Notes under the pieces: generated by a model
Told to the model about the DNA's origin: nothing
Seen by the model: only the letters and a program-made list of their open reading frames with translations
Database searches by the model: none
Made by a program: the position numbers and the translations under genes
Source: a virus
Length of the DNA: 64,000 nt
Strand: one strand, 5' to 3'
IMG/VR virus record: IMGVR_UViG_3300042564_003823
Span: 1-64,000 of that record
Shown here: piece after piece, positions 40,158 to 49,348 of the stretch
How the letters are laid out: every line of letters starts with the position of its first letter
Numbering within the stretch: position 1 is the stretch's first letter

Positions 40158-40294
40158 TTTTTGTTAATAATTTCTAAAATTTTTTCTAATTGACTTTCAG
40201 TAATTACAATATTCTGTTTTTTTTGAGAATATGTTTTGTAACTTGGTAAATCGTTACCTACTGATTCTTTGATTAATTTTTTTTTGATTTTCAT
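40154..40294 (-). CDS. 46-aa basic protein MKIKKKLIKESVGNDLPSYKTYSQKKQNIVITESQLEKILEIINKK (not in track)
   Basis: TATTTATA element upstream; its stop overlaps the next ATG (ATGA). Confidence 0.7.
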   Translation of the reverse strand: MKIKKKLIKESVGNDLPSYKTYSQKKQNIVITESQLEKILEIINKK

Positions 40295-40316
40295 AATTTT
40301 TTATTTTATAAATATA

Positions 40317-40344
40317 TAATGGGGAATATTTCTATCCCCCACTA
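40317..40344 (-). terminator. Hairpin after sheath gene (terminator or mRNA stabiliser)
   Basis: 12-bp stem UAGUGGGGGAUA/UAUUCCCCAUUA with a GAAA loop; weak U-tract. Confidence 0.55.
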
Positions 40345-40357
40345 ATTTTATTTTTTA

Positions 40358-43300
40358 TTATACATCATCAAAAGATGCTCCTGTTGGTGTGATAACAAAC
40401 TCGATGTCAATGTATTCTAACGCTCTTGTTGGTTTCAAGAAGATTTTACCTGTAAGGGTGTTTGAATCTAAATCTTCAGGTGTGTTAGAAACCGTAACTC
40501 TAAAGTCAATTAGACCTCTATCTCTTCTGATTGAATCTAAAATCGGGTTAACTGAATCTAAGAATTGTTGTCTTACTTTATCATCATTTTGTTCAAACAA
40601 TAATCTAACCGCCACAGCTGAAATTAACTTACGAGCTTGTAGTAATAATCTTCTTACGTTGATTCTATCAAGTGCAGACTCTCTAACTTGTAATGTTTTG
40701 TTACCCCAAATTACTGTACCTACATCTGAGAAAGTGGCGATCGGGTTAATTCTACCTTTGTAAAGAGTATCCCTATCTTCTTGAGTTAATTTTTTACGAG
40801 CTCTAATTGCGTTTACCAAACCTCTTGTATAACCTGCTGACGCAAACCAAGGGAACGCAATGTTATCGGTTAATGCCAAATTTTTAGTTACTTCTGCGGT
40901 TACAGGGATATAGATTTGAGTGTTATTAACAGTATCTCTTGTTAATACCCATGGATAGTATGTTGCGGTATAGTTAGAATCAATTCCTGTACTTTCTAAA
41001 TTATCAACAACCTCTTGAGGGTAAATTAAACCTTCTTCAATATCTTGGTAAGAAGGTAAGAATAGGTTAAAGTCTGGTGTTGTACAAATATAAATTGAAT
41101 CCGCTCTATCGGTTTCAACCATATCAATAGCATCCTCAACTAAATTTGAGTTATTAACATAATCAATACCAGGTGTTGTGAATACATTTATGTTTGTTGA
41201 TTCAGGATTAGCAAAAGTATCTTGACCCCATTTGTAAGCGTAGTAATCAGTATTTGCCCAAGTCTCTTGATTTGGTCCTGAGATTTGTTTAAATGCTCCC
41301 CATCCTGATGCCGTTGGGAAACTTACTGAAGACGCTGCTCCGTATTTAAATCCAGCCTGACCTAAAGCGAATGTATCACCATTAGTTCTATATTCTCTAT
41401 AGATATCCCATCCGTCAAATCCACCGTAAGCTAATACTGTAAATTTACGAGTATTTAATCTGAAATATGGATTATCCGAATCTAAAGGTTCACTATTAAA
41501 CGACCCAGCACCAACTTCAAACGCTTGTGTGTATGCTGATGTTAATACATTATACATTGTAACAACAGTCGCCCCACTATCCATGTGGAAACCTTTTGTT
41601 TTATAACCCCAACCAAGACCTACTGTATCGGTAGCTAAGTTTGCTGGAATTTGTTTTCCTTTGTATTCGAAGAAATCGTAATCGATTCCGGTAATATTTG
41701 ATATACCTAAATATGCCTTTCTTGGATTTTCGCCGTTAGAAATAACAGGATTGTCTCCACCTGAAGACGACCCAAAAGGAGGGTTATATATTACTTCACC
41801 TGCCTGTAAGTATTTAGTTTTGTAGATAACAAATGGTGGTGTTGAGTTTGCATATTCTCTAGAGACATAACCTTCAAAACCACAAGCGACTGCATCTGTC
41901 GGTGCTTCGTCACTCATCTCTAACATTACGTATTTAGACTTAACTTCATACTCACCATTAGATGTACCAATTTTATTAGCAACATAGTTATTTTGACTAG
42001 GATCCATTGAACAATTTGTAAAACTTTCAACTACCCTTACATTTTGGTCGTTATCATAAAAATCTCTAATGAATACATCAAAAGTTCTATTTGAGAATGA
42101 AATATTACCAATAGACATTTTAACTAATCTATTTGCTGCGTTACCATCAGAAATAAGTTTGAATTTAAATAATTTAAAAACTTTACTACCTCTTAATTCT
42201 GAAACAATATATGGAGTCTCAGGTGTTTGGTATTGTTCTAAATAAAATGCGATTGAGTCACTATAATCTTGTATATTTGAGTCATCAGTAACACCTGGAA
42301 GTGATATTAATGAATTATATATACCTCTAATTTTCCCGTTTCTATAACCATTAAGTAATAAACTTGAGTAAACTTCCTCAACAAATAAAGGAACTTCATT
42401 TCTATCTTTACCAAAATTACTTCTTCCAAAAACTTTGGAGATGTATTCTGAGTCTGTTGAAGATAAAGAAGTTTCAAAACTAAAGTTTTGAGAATCATTT
42501 GTTATACCTGAAATAACAAAAGTTTCAAATGGATTTAGTGACACTCCCGAATAAGATCCTGTTGTGATGATATTAACGCCAGTAGTTGCACTTACTTCAA
42601 AATTAGGACCATGTTGTGTACTAGAATAATTTGTAATACCTCTTGATCTTAATGTTGCAACAACTAAATCATCATAATCACTATATGGTGTTCCTGAATA
42701 AGTAGTCCCATAAATAGCGACAGATCCTGAATACCCTAAAGCCACGTTTGAAATTGTGTTTAATGATGCCCCAAATCCATATCCATTGTAACTACCAACA
42801 CTTTGTGATTTTGTATAATCAAACAATGCGTAGTACCAAGGATCGTTTAAATAAGAGCTTAAATCATTATTTGCAAAAATAACATTGTCAACACCGAACG
42901 TTTCAGTAACTGCGGTAGTGTTAAATGGTGATCCTGTAACTGCTGCATATGTTGTAGAATCAACTGAACCCCAAAAATAAGATGTTTTTCCTGATAACGG
43001 TGATGCTGTTGCAAATAAACCAACTTGTGCTGAAATATAATTTTGAAAATCTAAATATAGACTTGAACTATCACCATTTGCTGTAGTATATTGGTTATAA
43101 AAATCTGCAGATATTAATGATGGTAACGAAGGTAGTATTGTTATATTAGTACTTGAACCTGTAGTACCTGTAAAATATACATAACCAATAGGTGTTGGAG
43201 ACGACCCTGTTACACCAATAGTTGTACTATCTAAATTACCTATTGTAACAATAGACCAAGATGGCCCTGCGTCATAACCTGATAAACCTAATATTCTTGT

Positions 43301-43579
43301 AACAAATAATTGATTTGATTGTTGTAAATATGATTTTGCAATATACGAAGTTTCATATTTAGGGATTTGTGTGTTTACGAATTTCTCTGGACTTGTTCCA
43401 CCGAAATAAACTTGATACTCGTCAAAGTTAGTGATAAATATAGGTTCAAATGCTGGACCCTGTAAGGTCTCACCAACTAAACCTAATGTTGTTACACCAA
43501 CACTTTGAGCAACGAAAGTTAAGTCTCTTTCTGAGGTATAAACACCTGGAGAAACGAATACTTTTGTACTAGATGCCAT
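40358..43579 (-). CDS. Contractile tail sheath protein (T4 gp18-like) with large insertions
   Basis: VSPGVYTSERD, GPAFEP, TYYPWV, PWFASAGYTRG, INPIATF, WGNKTL, RINVRRLL, FEQND, LKPTRALEYIDIEF. Confidence 0.95.
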   Translation of the reverse strand: MASSTKVFVSPGVYTSERDLTFVAQSVGVTTLGLVGETLQGPAFEPIFITNFDEYQVYFGGTSPEKFVNTQIPKYETSYIAKSYLQQSNQLFVTRILGLSGYDAGPSWSIVTIGNLDSTTIGVTGSSPTPIGYVYFTGTTGSSTNITILPSLPSLISADFYNQYTTANGDSSSLYLDFQNYISAQVGLFATASPLSGKTSYFWGSVDSTTYAAVTGSPFNTTAVTETFGVDNVIFANNDLSSYLNDPWYYALFDYTKSQSVGSYNGYGFGASLNTISNVALGYSGSVAIYGTTYSGTPYSDYDDLVVATLRSRGITNYSSTQHGPNFEVSATTGVNIITTGSYSGVSLNPFETFVISGITNDSQNFSFETSLSSTDSEYISKVFGRSNFGKDRNEVPLFVEEVYSSLLLNGYRNGKIRGIYNSLISLPGVTDDSNIQDYSDSIAFYLEQYQTPETPYIVSELRGSKVFKLFKFKLISDGNAANRLVKMSIGNISFSNRTFDVFIRDFYDNDQNVRVVESFTNCSMDPSQNNYVANKIGTSNGEYEVKSKYVMLEMSDEAPTDAVACGFEGYVSREYANSTPPFVIYKTKYLQAGEVIYNPPFGSSSGGDNPVISNGENPRKAYLGISNITGIDYDFFEYKGKQIPANLATDTVGLGWGYKTKGFHMDSGATVVTMYNVLTSAYTQAFEVGAGSFNSEPLDSDNPYFRLNTRKFTVLAYGGFDGWDIYREYRTNGDTFALGQAGFKYGAASSVSFPTASGWGAFKQISGPNQETWANTDYYAYKWGQDTFANPESTNINVFTTPGIDYVNNSNLVEDAIDMVETDRADSIYICTTPDFNLFLPSYQDIEEGLIYPQEVVDNLESTGIDSNYTATYYPWVLTRDTVNNTQIYIPVTAEVTKNLALTDNIAFPWFASAGYTRGLVNAIRARKKLTQEDRDTLYKGRINPIATFSDVGTVIWGNKTLQVRESALDRINVRRLLLQARKLISAVAVRLLFEQNDDKVRQQFLDSVNPILDSIRRDRGLIDFRVTVSNTPEDLDSNTLTGKIFLKPTRALEYIDIEFVITPTGASFDDV

Positions 43580-43678
43580 TTTTTTAGTTAATTAAAGATT
43601 TATTTTTATATATAAATACATTAATTCTAAGCAAAAAACAGACCTAAAAAATAATAAATAGATAGTAGTATGAAAAAA

Positions 43679-43697
43679 TTCTACCTTTTTTCTACCT
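43679..43697 (+). promoter_or_regulatory. Direct repeat TTCTACCT x2, 11-bp phase; candidate RHH operator
   Basis: Copies at 43679-43686 and 43690-43697, between the divergent sheath and RHH genes. Confidence 0.45.
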
Positions 43698-43715
43698 ATT
43701 AAAATATTTATTAAT

Positions 43716-43865
43716 ATGAAAAAAATTAAAAATATAAAGATTTCTGAAGAAACACATTTATTATTAAAAAATTACTGTGAAGAAAATGGTTTAAAACTTT
43801 ATAAATTTTTAGAAAATTTAATAATTAAAACTTGTACTAAAGAAAAAGACATTTATGGTGAATAG
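43716..43865 (+). CDS. Ribbon-helix-helix DNA-binding protein, 49 aa (not in track)
   Basis: MKKIKNIKISEETHLLLKNYCEENGLKLYKFLENLIIKTCTKEKDIYGE* has an alternating basic/hydrophobic strand, then helix, G-turn, helix; TATTTAT lies 4 nt upstream. Confidence 0.72.
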   Translation: MKKIKNIKISEETHLLLKNYCEENGLKLYKFLENLIIKTCTKEKDIYGE

Positions 43866-45095
43866 CTAAACTAAAACTGCATTAGTTTTTATGATTGAAT
43901 TCTGAGTTATGTCATCTTTATAAACTATAATTTTTAAAGTATCCCCATTGTTAATTTGTATTACTTGCACATTGTCTCCTAAATAATTATTATTAATAAA
44001 AACAGAATAACTTGAAGCGCAAGATGATCCCTCATTAAATGTACCTCCAGTTGTATTACTAAAAGATGGTAAGGTTGAGGATTTAACGCAAATATTACCT
44101 GAGTCACCAATATTTGTAGATATTGTGGTCGTTGCTCCGCTACAGTTAATATAGGTCAATGTATTATTTGTTATTGACGAATAAGTGGTTTCATAACAAT
44201 TGATTAAATTAGTTGTTTCGTTAATTGTTATGTCTGCAGTATATCTAAAAACTTCATTCAATTGAGTAACTCCCGAAACAAATAATAAATCTAAATCAAA
44301 ACTGTCGGGTCTTGCTGGTTCTATTTCAACTCTACGACCTCTTTTTTTATTATCAAACTCAAATAGTGTAACTTGTCTTGTAATTGCTGGTGACACTTGA
44401 AATTCTTCTTCATCTATTAACATACCCTTTAATGTTATTTTATAACTTTGAATGTAATACTTTCTTTTTTCTATTTCTTTGGCTGATTCATCAGTCGGGT
44501 CTTCTAAGGTCATTTGCATAAAGTGACCTTTTATTTGTGTATACGCTTGTTTAGAGGTAAATTTTTGCATCATTATTTTGTTGAACTCATTTACCTCTCT
44601 CATTCTATTACAAAAAATCTTAACTGTATAGGTAATATCAACAGGAACCGGTTGAGGTATTTTATATACGTCAGCGCCTTTTCTTTGCCCATCCCAAGTA
44701 GGGACCGTATAATAAAAAAATCTTAATCTCTCAGGTATATTATAAGCACCATTATTAATTTTACCGTATTTAACTTCGGGTTGTCTTACAGTTATAATAA
44801 ACGGTAAAGAAACGTTTTTATCTAAATCTTGAAACTCCCAAGTCTCTGTAAATTGAGTCCAACTTTGTGTTGTAATTATTTTATCGACAGTAGGGACCGT
44901 TTTACCATCGACCACTAATTTTAAATCATTTTTAACAAAATCTAACACACCTTTATCCATGTCGGCATGTAATACTCCTTTTGGTAGAAAAGTTCCACCA
45001 TCCGTAATATCATCCAACATTTGTTGTCTTCTTTCTTTTCCAACTTTGGTTGGTATTAAAGGAAGGTGTTTTTTGTTTTGTTTTGGTAATGCCAT
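43866..45095 (-). CDS. Tail terminator/completion protein (T4 gp15-like) with C-terminal extension
   Basis: LPFIITVR and PQPVPVDITYTVKIFC..MREVNEF..IMMQKF resemble gp15; lies directly upstream of the sheath. Confidence 0.65.
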   Translation of the reverse strand: MALPKQNKKHLPLIPTKVGKERRQQMLDDITDGGTFLPKGVLHADMDKGVLDFVKNDLKLVVDGKTVPTVDKIITTQSWTQFTETWEFQDLDKNVSLPFIITVRQPEVKYGKINNGAYNIPERLRFFYYTVPTWDGQRKGADVYKIPQPVPVDITYTVKIFCNRMREVNEFNKIMMQKFTSKQAYTQIKGHFMQMTLEDPTDESAKEIEKRKYYIQSYKITLKGMLIDEEEFQVSPAITRQVTLFEFDNKKRGRRVEIEPARPDSFDLDLLFVSGVTQLNEVFRYTADITINETTNLINCYETTYSSITNNTLTYINCSGATTTISTNIGDSGNICVKSSTLPSFSNTTGGTFNEGSSCASSYSVFINNNYLGDNVQVIQINNGDTLKIIVYKDDITQNSIIKTNAVLV

Positions 45096-45097
45096 TT

Positions 45098-45613
45098 TTA
45101 TAAACCGTTAAATTCGTCGTTAGTTACAGGAGATGCAATTATTGTTCTATAATATTTTTTATATCCACCGTATGTGTGTTTCATATCTGATGTGACCCTA
45201 CCGTCATTTACCACTGAATAATATCTTACCCTATCTTCAGTTTCATAATAAGCCAAATAATCACCTAAAGATATTTCAATAGCCAATTGATCCAACTGAG
45301 ATTGATATACACTAAAAGTCATGTTACCCGGTTCAAGTTGAGAAAGTTTAGATGATCCATAATCTGAATTGGTTGGAGCATCAATTTTAACTAATCCTTT
45401 TACCTCGATAGGTGCTAAAAATTGAATCCCCTCACTCATGGCTTCACCATAAACATCATCATTATTTGTTCTTTGTCTATCAACTCTATATAAAACAACG
45501 GTGAAATTCATATCACCCATTTGCCATTCCATACCCATCTCAATTTCTAAATTGAAATCTTCTTCAGAAAAAAATTTATTTAATCTTGTTATTGGTACTC
45601 TTTTTTGTGTCAT
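45098..45613 (-). CDS. Neck/head-closure protein (T4 gp14-like); start revised to 45613 (MTQKRV...)
   Basis: DDVYGEA...FLAPIEV...ISLGDYLAY...YYSV. The track's 45697 start crosses a terminator and the TATTTAT element. Confidence 0.65.
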   Translation of the reverse strand: MTQKRVPITRLNKFFSEEDFNLEIEMGMEWQMGDMNFTVVLYRVDRQRTNNDDVYGEAMSEGIQFLAPIEVKGLVKIDAPTNSDYGSSKLSQLEPGNMTFSVYQSQLDQLAIEISLGDYLAYYETEDRVRYYSVVNDGRVTSDMKHTYGGYKKYYRTIIASPVTNDEFNGL

Positions 45614-45629
45614 ATATATATAAATACTA

Positions 45630-45663
45630 TTAAAACAAAAAACCCCACTCTTTAGAAATGGGG
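45630..45663 (-). terminator. Rho-independent terminator
   Basis: CCCCAUUU/GAGUGGGG stem followed by UUUUUUGUUUU on the minus strand. Confidence 0.7.
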
Positions 45664-45689
45664 ACGAGAATAAAAATACTTTTTTAAAA

Positions 45690-46082
45690 TTATTCAAATA
45701 TTTTATAGTTAAAATCAGTGTCTTTAAAATTTACACTTAACCATATGCAATTATTTTCTTTGGTGTCGTCATAATAGCAAATACTTAATACTGACTTTTG
45801 TTTTGTTTCACATTTTAGTATCTTAATTTTTTCGTCGTTATAAACTTCCTCAATTATTTTATAAATAACATAAGAATTTTTAGGATAACTAGTCGAAAAA
45901 ATTACATCCTTATCATTTATTTCAATAATAAATGAAGTATCTATATTTTTTTTTAATTTAGTGTTTTTGGTTTCGTTATATTCTATAACCTCAAGTTCTT
46001 TAGGTTGTAAAATTATATTAATTTGTGAGTGTAAATTTAATAAATTAAAAAATAAAAATAAAATTAAAATAAGATTTTTCAT
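45690..46082 (-). CDS. Secreted protein with Sec signal peptide (start revised to MKNLIL...)
   Basis: MKNLILILFLFFNLLNLHS|Q signal peptide. Confidence 0.65.
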   Translation of the reverse strand: MKNLILILFLFFNLLNLHSQINIILQPKELEVIEYNETKNTKLKKNIDTSFIIEINDKDVIFSTSYPKNSYVIYKIIEEVYNDEKIKILKCETKQKSVLSICYYDDTKENNCIWLSVNFKDTDFNYKIFE

Positions 46083-46103
46083 GTTTTTGGATTGTATATA
46101 CGA

Positions 46104-46111
46104 CAAAGATA
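46104..46111 (-). promoter_or_regulatory. Bacteroidota-type -7 promoter element TATCTTTG
   Basis: Matches TAnnTTTG, 21 nt upstream of the ATG at 46082; no clear -33 TTTG. Confidence 0.5.
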
Positions 46112-46121
46112 TAAAAAAAAA

Positions 46122-46478
46122 TTAATATTTTTCTTTTTTTGTCTCACAATCCATCTCATAAGTTACAAATTTTTTTCCTTGGTAAGTTAAGATATTAAAA
46201 CACCTATCCTTTAATGGAATATCCCCACCTAGGCAAGTTCCTATACTTTTACTATTACCATTATCGTAGTCAATTTTAGGTTCAGAAATAAATTTTATAA
46301 TAACATTATTATTTTCATCAAAACCGTAGTCTTCAAAACTAGATGGGTCAACCAAACCATGTCCCCCCTCACATTTTTCATAATATACGGGGGTTTCAAT
46401 ATTAGACTGTTCTGAAATTATAACTCCCCTTTTATAACCAAAAAGGTATTTAATTTTATTAATTTCGGATAAAATCAT
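46122..46478 (-). CDS. Hypothetical protein with N-terminal ILSE...IISEQ leader
   Basis: 118 aa with 4 Cys. Confidence 0.65.
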   Translation of the reverse strand: MILSEINKIKYLFGYKRGVIISEQSNIETPVYYEKCEGGHGLVDPSSFEDYGFDENNNVIIKFISEPKIDYDNGNSKSIGTCLGGDIPLKDRCFNILTYQGKKFVTYEMDCETKKEKY

Positions 46479-46480
46479 TT

Positions 46481-46732
46481 TTATGCTATTTTATATGTCG
46501 TACTTTCACTAAATTTACAATAAGTAGGGCAATTACCTTCATCTTTATACATCATAAAAACGCTATCATCAATTGATATTATTTTACCACCTATCGTTTT
46601 AGCCTTTTCCACATCCTTACAATCAGGTCTTCCAGATGTTGTTGGTTTTTTACAACCTTCAGTTTCGTCCTCTTTAATAACTCGTCTTATTATTCTTGTT
46701 AAATCGCTTTCAGTTAATCTTATTGATCTCAT
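46481..46732 (-). CDS. Hypothetical protein with IRLTESDL...VIKE leader
   Basis: 83 aa with 4 Cys and an upstream TATTTATA element. Confidence 0.65.
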   Translation of the reverse strand: MRSIRLTESDLTRIIRRVIKEDETEGCKKPTTSGRPDCKDVEKAKTIGGKIISIDDSVFMMYKDEGNCPTYCKFSESTTYKIA

Positions 46733-46828
46733 ATTTATATTTTTTTATTTTTATTTTTACATATAAATATATTGTTAAAAAAAAAAAATTGATTTTTTTA
46801 TATTATTTACTATTTTATTTATAATATA

Positions 46829-48592
46829 ATGGAAGAATTAATTTCAAAAACTCCCGAAACAAGGGCCCTTCAGCTATTAGATGATTATGTTGGGTCAAAT
46901 AATTATATCTTGTCGTTAAAACACAAAAAACAAAATAGTAAGACATTTACACCCACAAGACCACAATCAGAATACATAATAAATTTTCACGGAAGAGTAC
47001 CAAAAGTCGCTAAAAAATGGGTTAAATTAGATTCATATTTTGGAAAAAAAATGATGGAAGATAAAATGTACACAAAAGAACCATCAGAAATTTATGTTGA
47101 AAAGTTATTAGTTGAGAAGGATAAATCTTATCATATATGGGGTAAAATATTTAGTGGAGAAACTTTACATGACTTTTGGATTCCAAAATCCGCTTTAATA
47201 AAAGATAATGAAGTTAAAAATGTTGTTATTGAATATTCTAAATACGATCACAGATCACCGATGGATCACCAAAAAGAGGCTATCGAAAAACTTGTAAGAA
47301 ACAAAAAGTTTATTTTGGCCGATGACATGGGACTTGGTAAAACTACTTCAACAATTATATCGGCACTTGAAACAGGTGCTAAAAAAATATTAATAATTTG
47401 TCCCGCATCATTAAAAATAAATTGGGAAAGAGAGATTGCAAATTATTCAGATAGAACAGTTTATATTGTAGAAGGTAAAAAATTTTCAGATGAACATGAA
47501 TTTGTAATCATTAATTACGATATTTTAAAAAACTTCCACGACCCAAAAAAGAAAGACGAATCAACAATTTTAAATGCAAAATTTGATTTGGTTATTATGG
47601 ATGAGGCGCACATGATATCAAACCCACAAGCACAAAGAACAAAAATTGTTAATGATTTATGTGGTAACGTTGAGAGGGTTTGGTTATTAACGGGAACACC
47701 GATGACATCGAGACCAATGAATTATTATAATCTTTTAAGTTTAGTTGAAAGTCCTGTTGCTGCAAATTGGATGGCTTACGCAAGAAGATACTGTAACGGA
47801 TTTCAATTTAGTGTTGGTAAAAGAAAAATATGGAACGTAACAGGGGCATCTAACTTAGATGAATTAAGAGAGCGGACACAATCACATATTTTAAGAAGAT
47901 TAAAAGATGAGGTTTTAGATTTGCCTGATAAAATTATTACTCCTGTTTATTTAAGATTAAAATCTAAAGATTATGAAGAATTAATGGGTGAATACTTTAA
48001 TTGGTATGATAATAATTCCGAAGAGTCATCATCTTTAACAATTCAGTTTGGTAAATTAATGAAAGTAAGAAAGGTAATTGCCGAAGAAAAAGTAAAAAAT
48101 ACTATCGAGTTAGCAGAAAACATTATTGAACAAGGAAAAAAAGTAATCATATTTACAAATTTTACAGACACCTTACGAACAATTTATGATCATTTTGGAA
48201 AACAAGCGGTTTATTTAGATGGTTCTTGTTCAAAACCTCATCGACAAAAAGCTGTAGACGATTTCCAAGAAAATGATAAAATAAAAGTATTTGTTGGTAA
48301 TTTAAAGGCTGCTGGTGTCGGTATTACTTTAACCTCCGCAGAAGCAGTAATCATGAATGATTTATCTTTTGTTCCTGCAGAACACGCACAAGCAGAAGAT
48401 AGATCACATAGAATAGGTCAAAAAAATTCAACCTCAGTATATTACCCATTATTTGAAAATACAATAGAAGGGGTGATATATGACATCCTAAATAGAAAGA
48501 AAAAAATCATATCAACTGTTATGGGTGATGACATGATGGAAGACGCATCTACTATTGAAGAAATGTTAAATTTAATTTCTCATAAGAGGTGA
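46829..48592 (+). CDS. SNF2-family helicase/translocase (SMARCAL1/HARP-like)
   Basis: LADDMGLGKT, CPASLKINW, MDEAH, LTGTP, ILRRLK, AAGVGITLT, QAEDRSHRIGQ. Confidence 0.92.
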   Translation: MEELISKTPETRALQLLDDYVGSNNYILSLKHKKQNSKTFTPTRPQSEYIINFHGRVPKVAKKWVKLDSYFGKKMMEDKMYTKEPSEIYVEKLLVEKDKSYHIWGKIFSGETLHDFWIPKSALIKDNEVKNVVIEYSKYDHRSPMDHQKEAIEKLVRNKKFILADDMGLGKTTSTIISALETGAKKILIICPASLKINWEREIANYSDRTVYIVEGKKFSDEHEFVIINYDILKNFHDPKKKDESTILNAKFDLVIMDEAHMISNPQAQRTKIVNDLCGNVERVWLLTGTPMTSRPMNYYNLLSLVESPVAANWMAYARRYCNGFQFSVGKRKIWNVTGASNLDELRERTQSHILRRLKDEVLDLPDKIITPVYLRLKSKDYEELMGEYFNWYDNNSEESSSLTIQFGKLMKVRKVIAEEKVKNTIELAENIIEQGKKVIIFTNFTDTLRTIYDHFGKQAVYLDGSCSKPHRQKAVDDFQENDKIKVFVGNLKAAGVGITLTSAEAVIMNDLSFVPAEHAQAEDRSHRIGQKNSTSVYYPLFENTIEGVIYDILNRKKKIISTVMGDDMMEDASTIEEMLNLISHKR

Positions 48593-48604
48593 TATTTATA
48601 TTAC

Positions 48605-49321
48605 ATGAGTTTAAACTTTTTTAACAAAAAAATTTATTTACTGGAAAGTAAGATTAATGTTGATCCATTTATTAATAAACAAATAATTTCAGAGATAAAA
48701 AAAATATCTATCGATAAATTACAATATAATTTTGACGATTTAGAAACTTTTATTGATAGTGAAACGATGAAGACTCACTATAACAAACATTACAAAGGAT
48801 ATGTTGATAAATTAAATGTTGAGTTAGAAAAAATAAAAGGTCCTGATTTAGATATTGAAGAAATTATAAAAAAAATATCTAAGTATAATACGGTTGTAAA
48901 AAATAATGGTGGTGGTGCGTTTAATCATGCACTTTTTTGGAAAATGTTATCACCAAAAAAACAAGAAATTAAAGACCCGATAAAATCAAAAATTGAAAAG
49001 ACTTTTGGTTCATATGAAAAGTTTAAAGAAAAATTTGAGGATGAGGCAAAAAGTAGGTTCGGTTCTGGATGGGTTTGGTTGGTGTTAACTAAATCTAACA
49101 CTTTAAAAATTGTAACGACCGCAAATCAAGACAACCCTTTAATGAATACAGAAAAAATACAGGGATACCCACTATTAGGTTTAGATGTTTGGGAACACGC
49201 ATATTACTTAAAATATAAAAATCAAAGAGACAAATACGTAAAAAACTTTTGGAGAGTCGTGAATTGGGGATTTGTTAATGATCAATACACAACACAATTA
49301 GAAAGAAATAAAGTTAAGTGA
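48605..49321 (+). CDS. sod: Fe/Mn superoxide dismutase with ~30 aa N-terminal extension
   Basis: HYNKHYKGYV, NNGGGAFNHALFW, FGSGWVWL, NQDNP, LDVWEHAYY. The GGG and NQD residues favour Mn or cambialistic type. Confidence 0.93.
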   Translation: MSLNFFNKKIYLLESKINVDPFINKQIISEIKKISIDKLQYNFDDLETFIDSETMKTHYNKHYKGYVDKLNVELEKIKGPDLDIEEIIKKISKYNTVVKNNGGGAFNHALFWKMLSPKKQEIKDPIKSKIEKTFGSYEKFKEKFEDEAKSRFGSGWVWLVLTKSNTLKIVTTANQDNPLMNTEKIQGYPLLGLDVWEHAYYLKYKNQRDKYVKNFWRVVNWGFVNDQYTTQLERNKVK

Positions 49322-49348
49322 TAAGATATTTATATAAAAATATATCTT

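Noticed and set aside
12215-43579. Bacterial contractile injection system (eCIS/T6SS/tailocin) rather than a phage
   Set aside because: The tail genes are interleaved with phage-type replisome genes (gp32, gp41, UvsX, PolB) and head-neck genes, and no cellular housekeeping context is present.
45614-45697. N-terminal extension of the gp14-like ORF as given in the track
   Set aside because: It spans a terminator hairpin and the TATTTAT element; the ATG at 45613 is more plausible.
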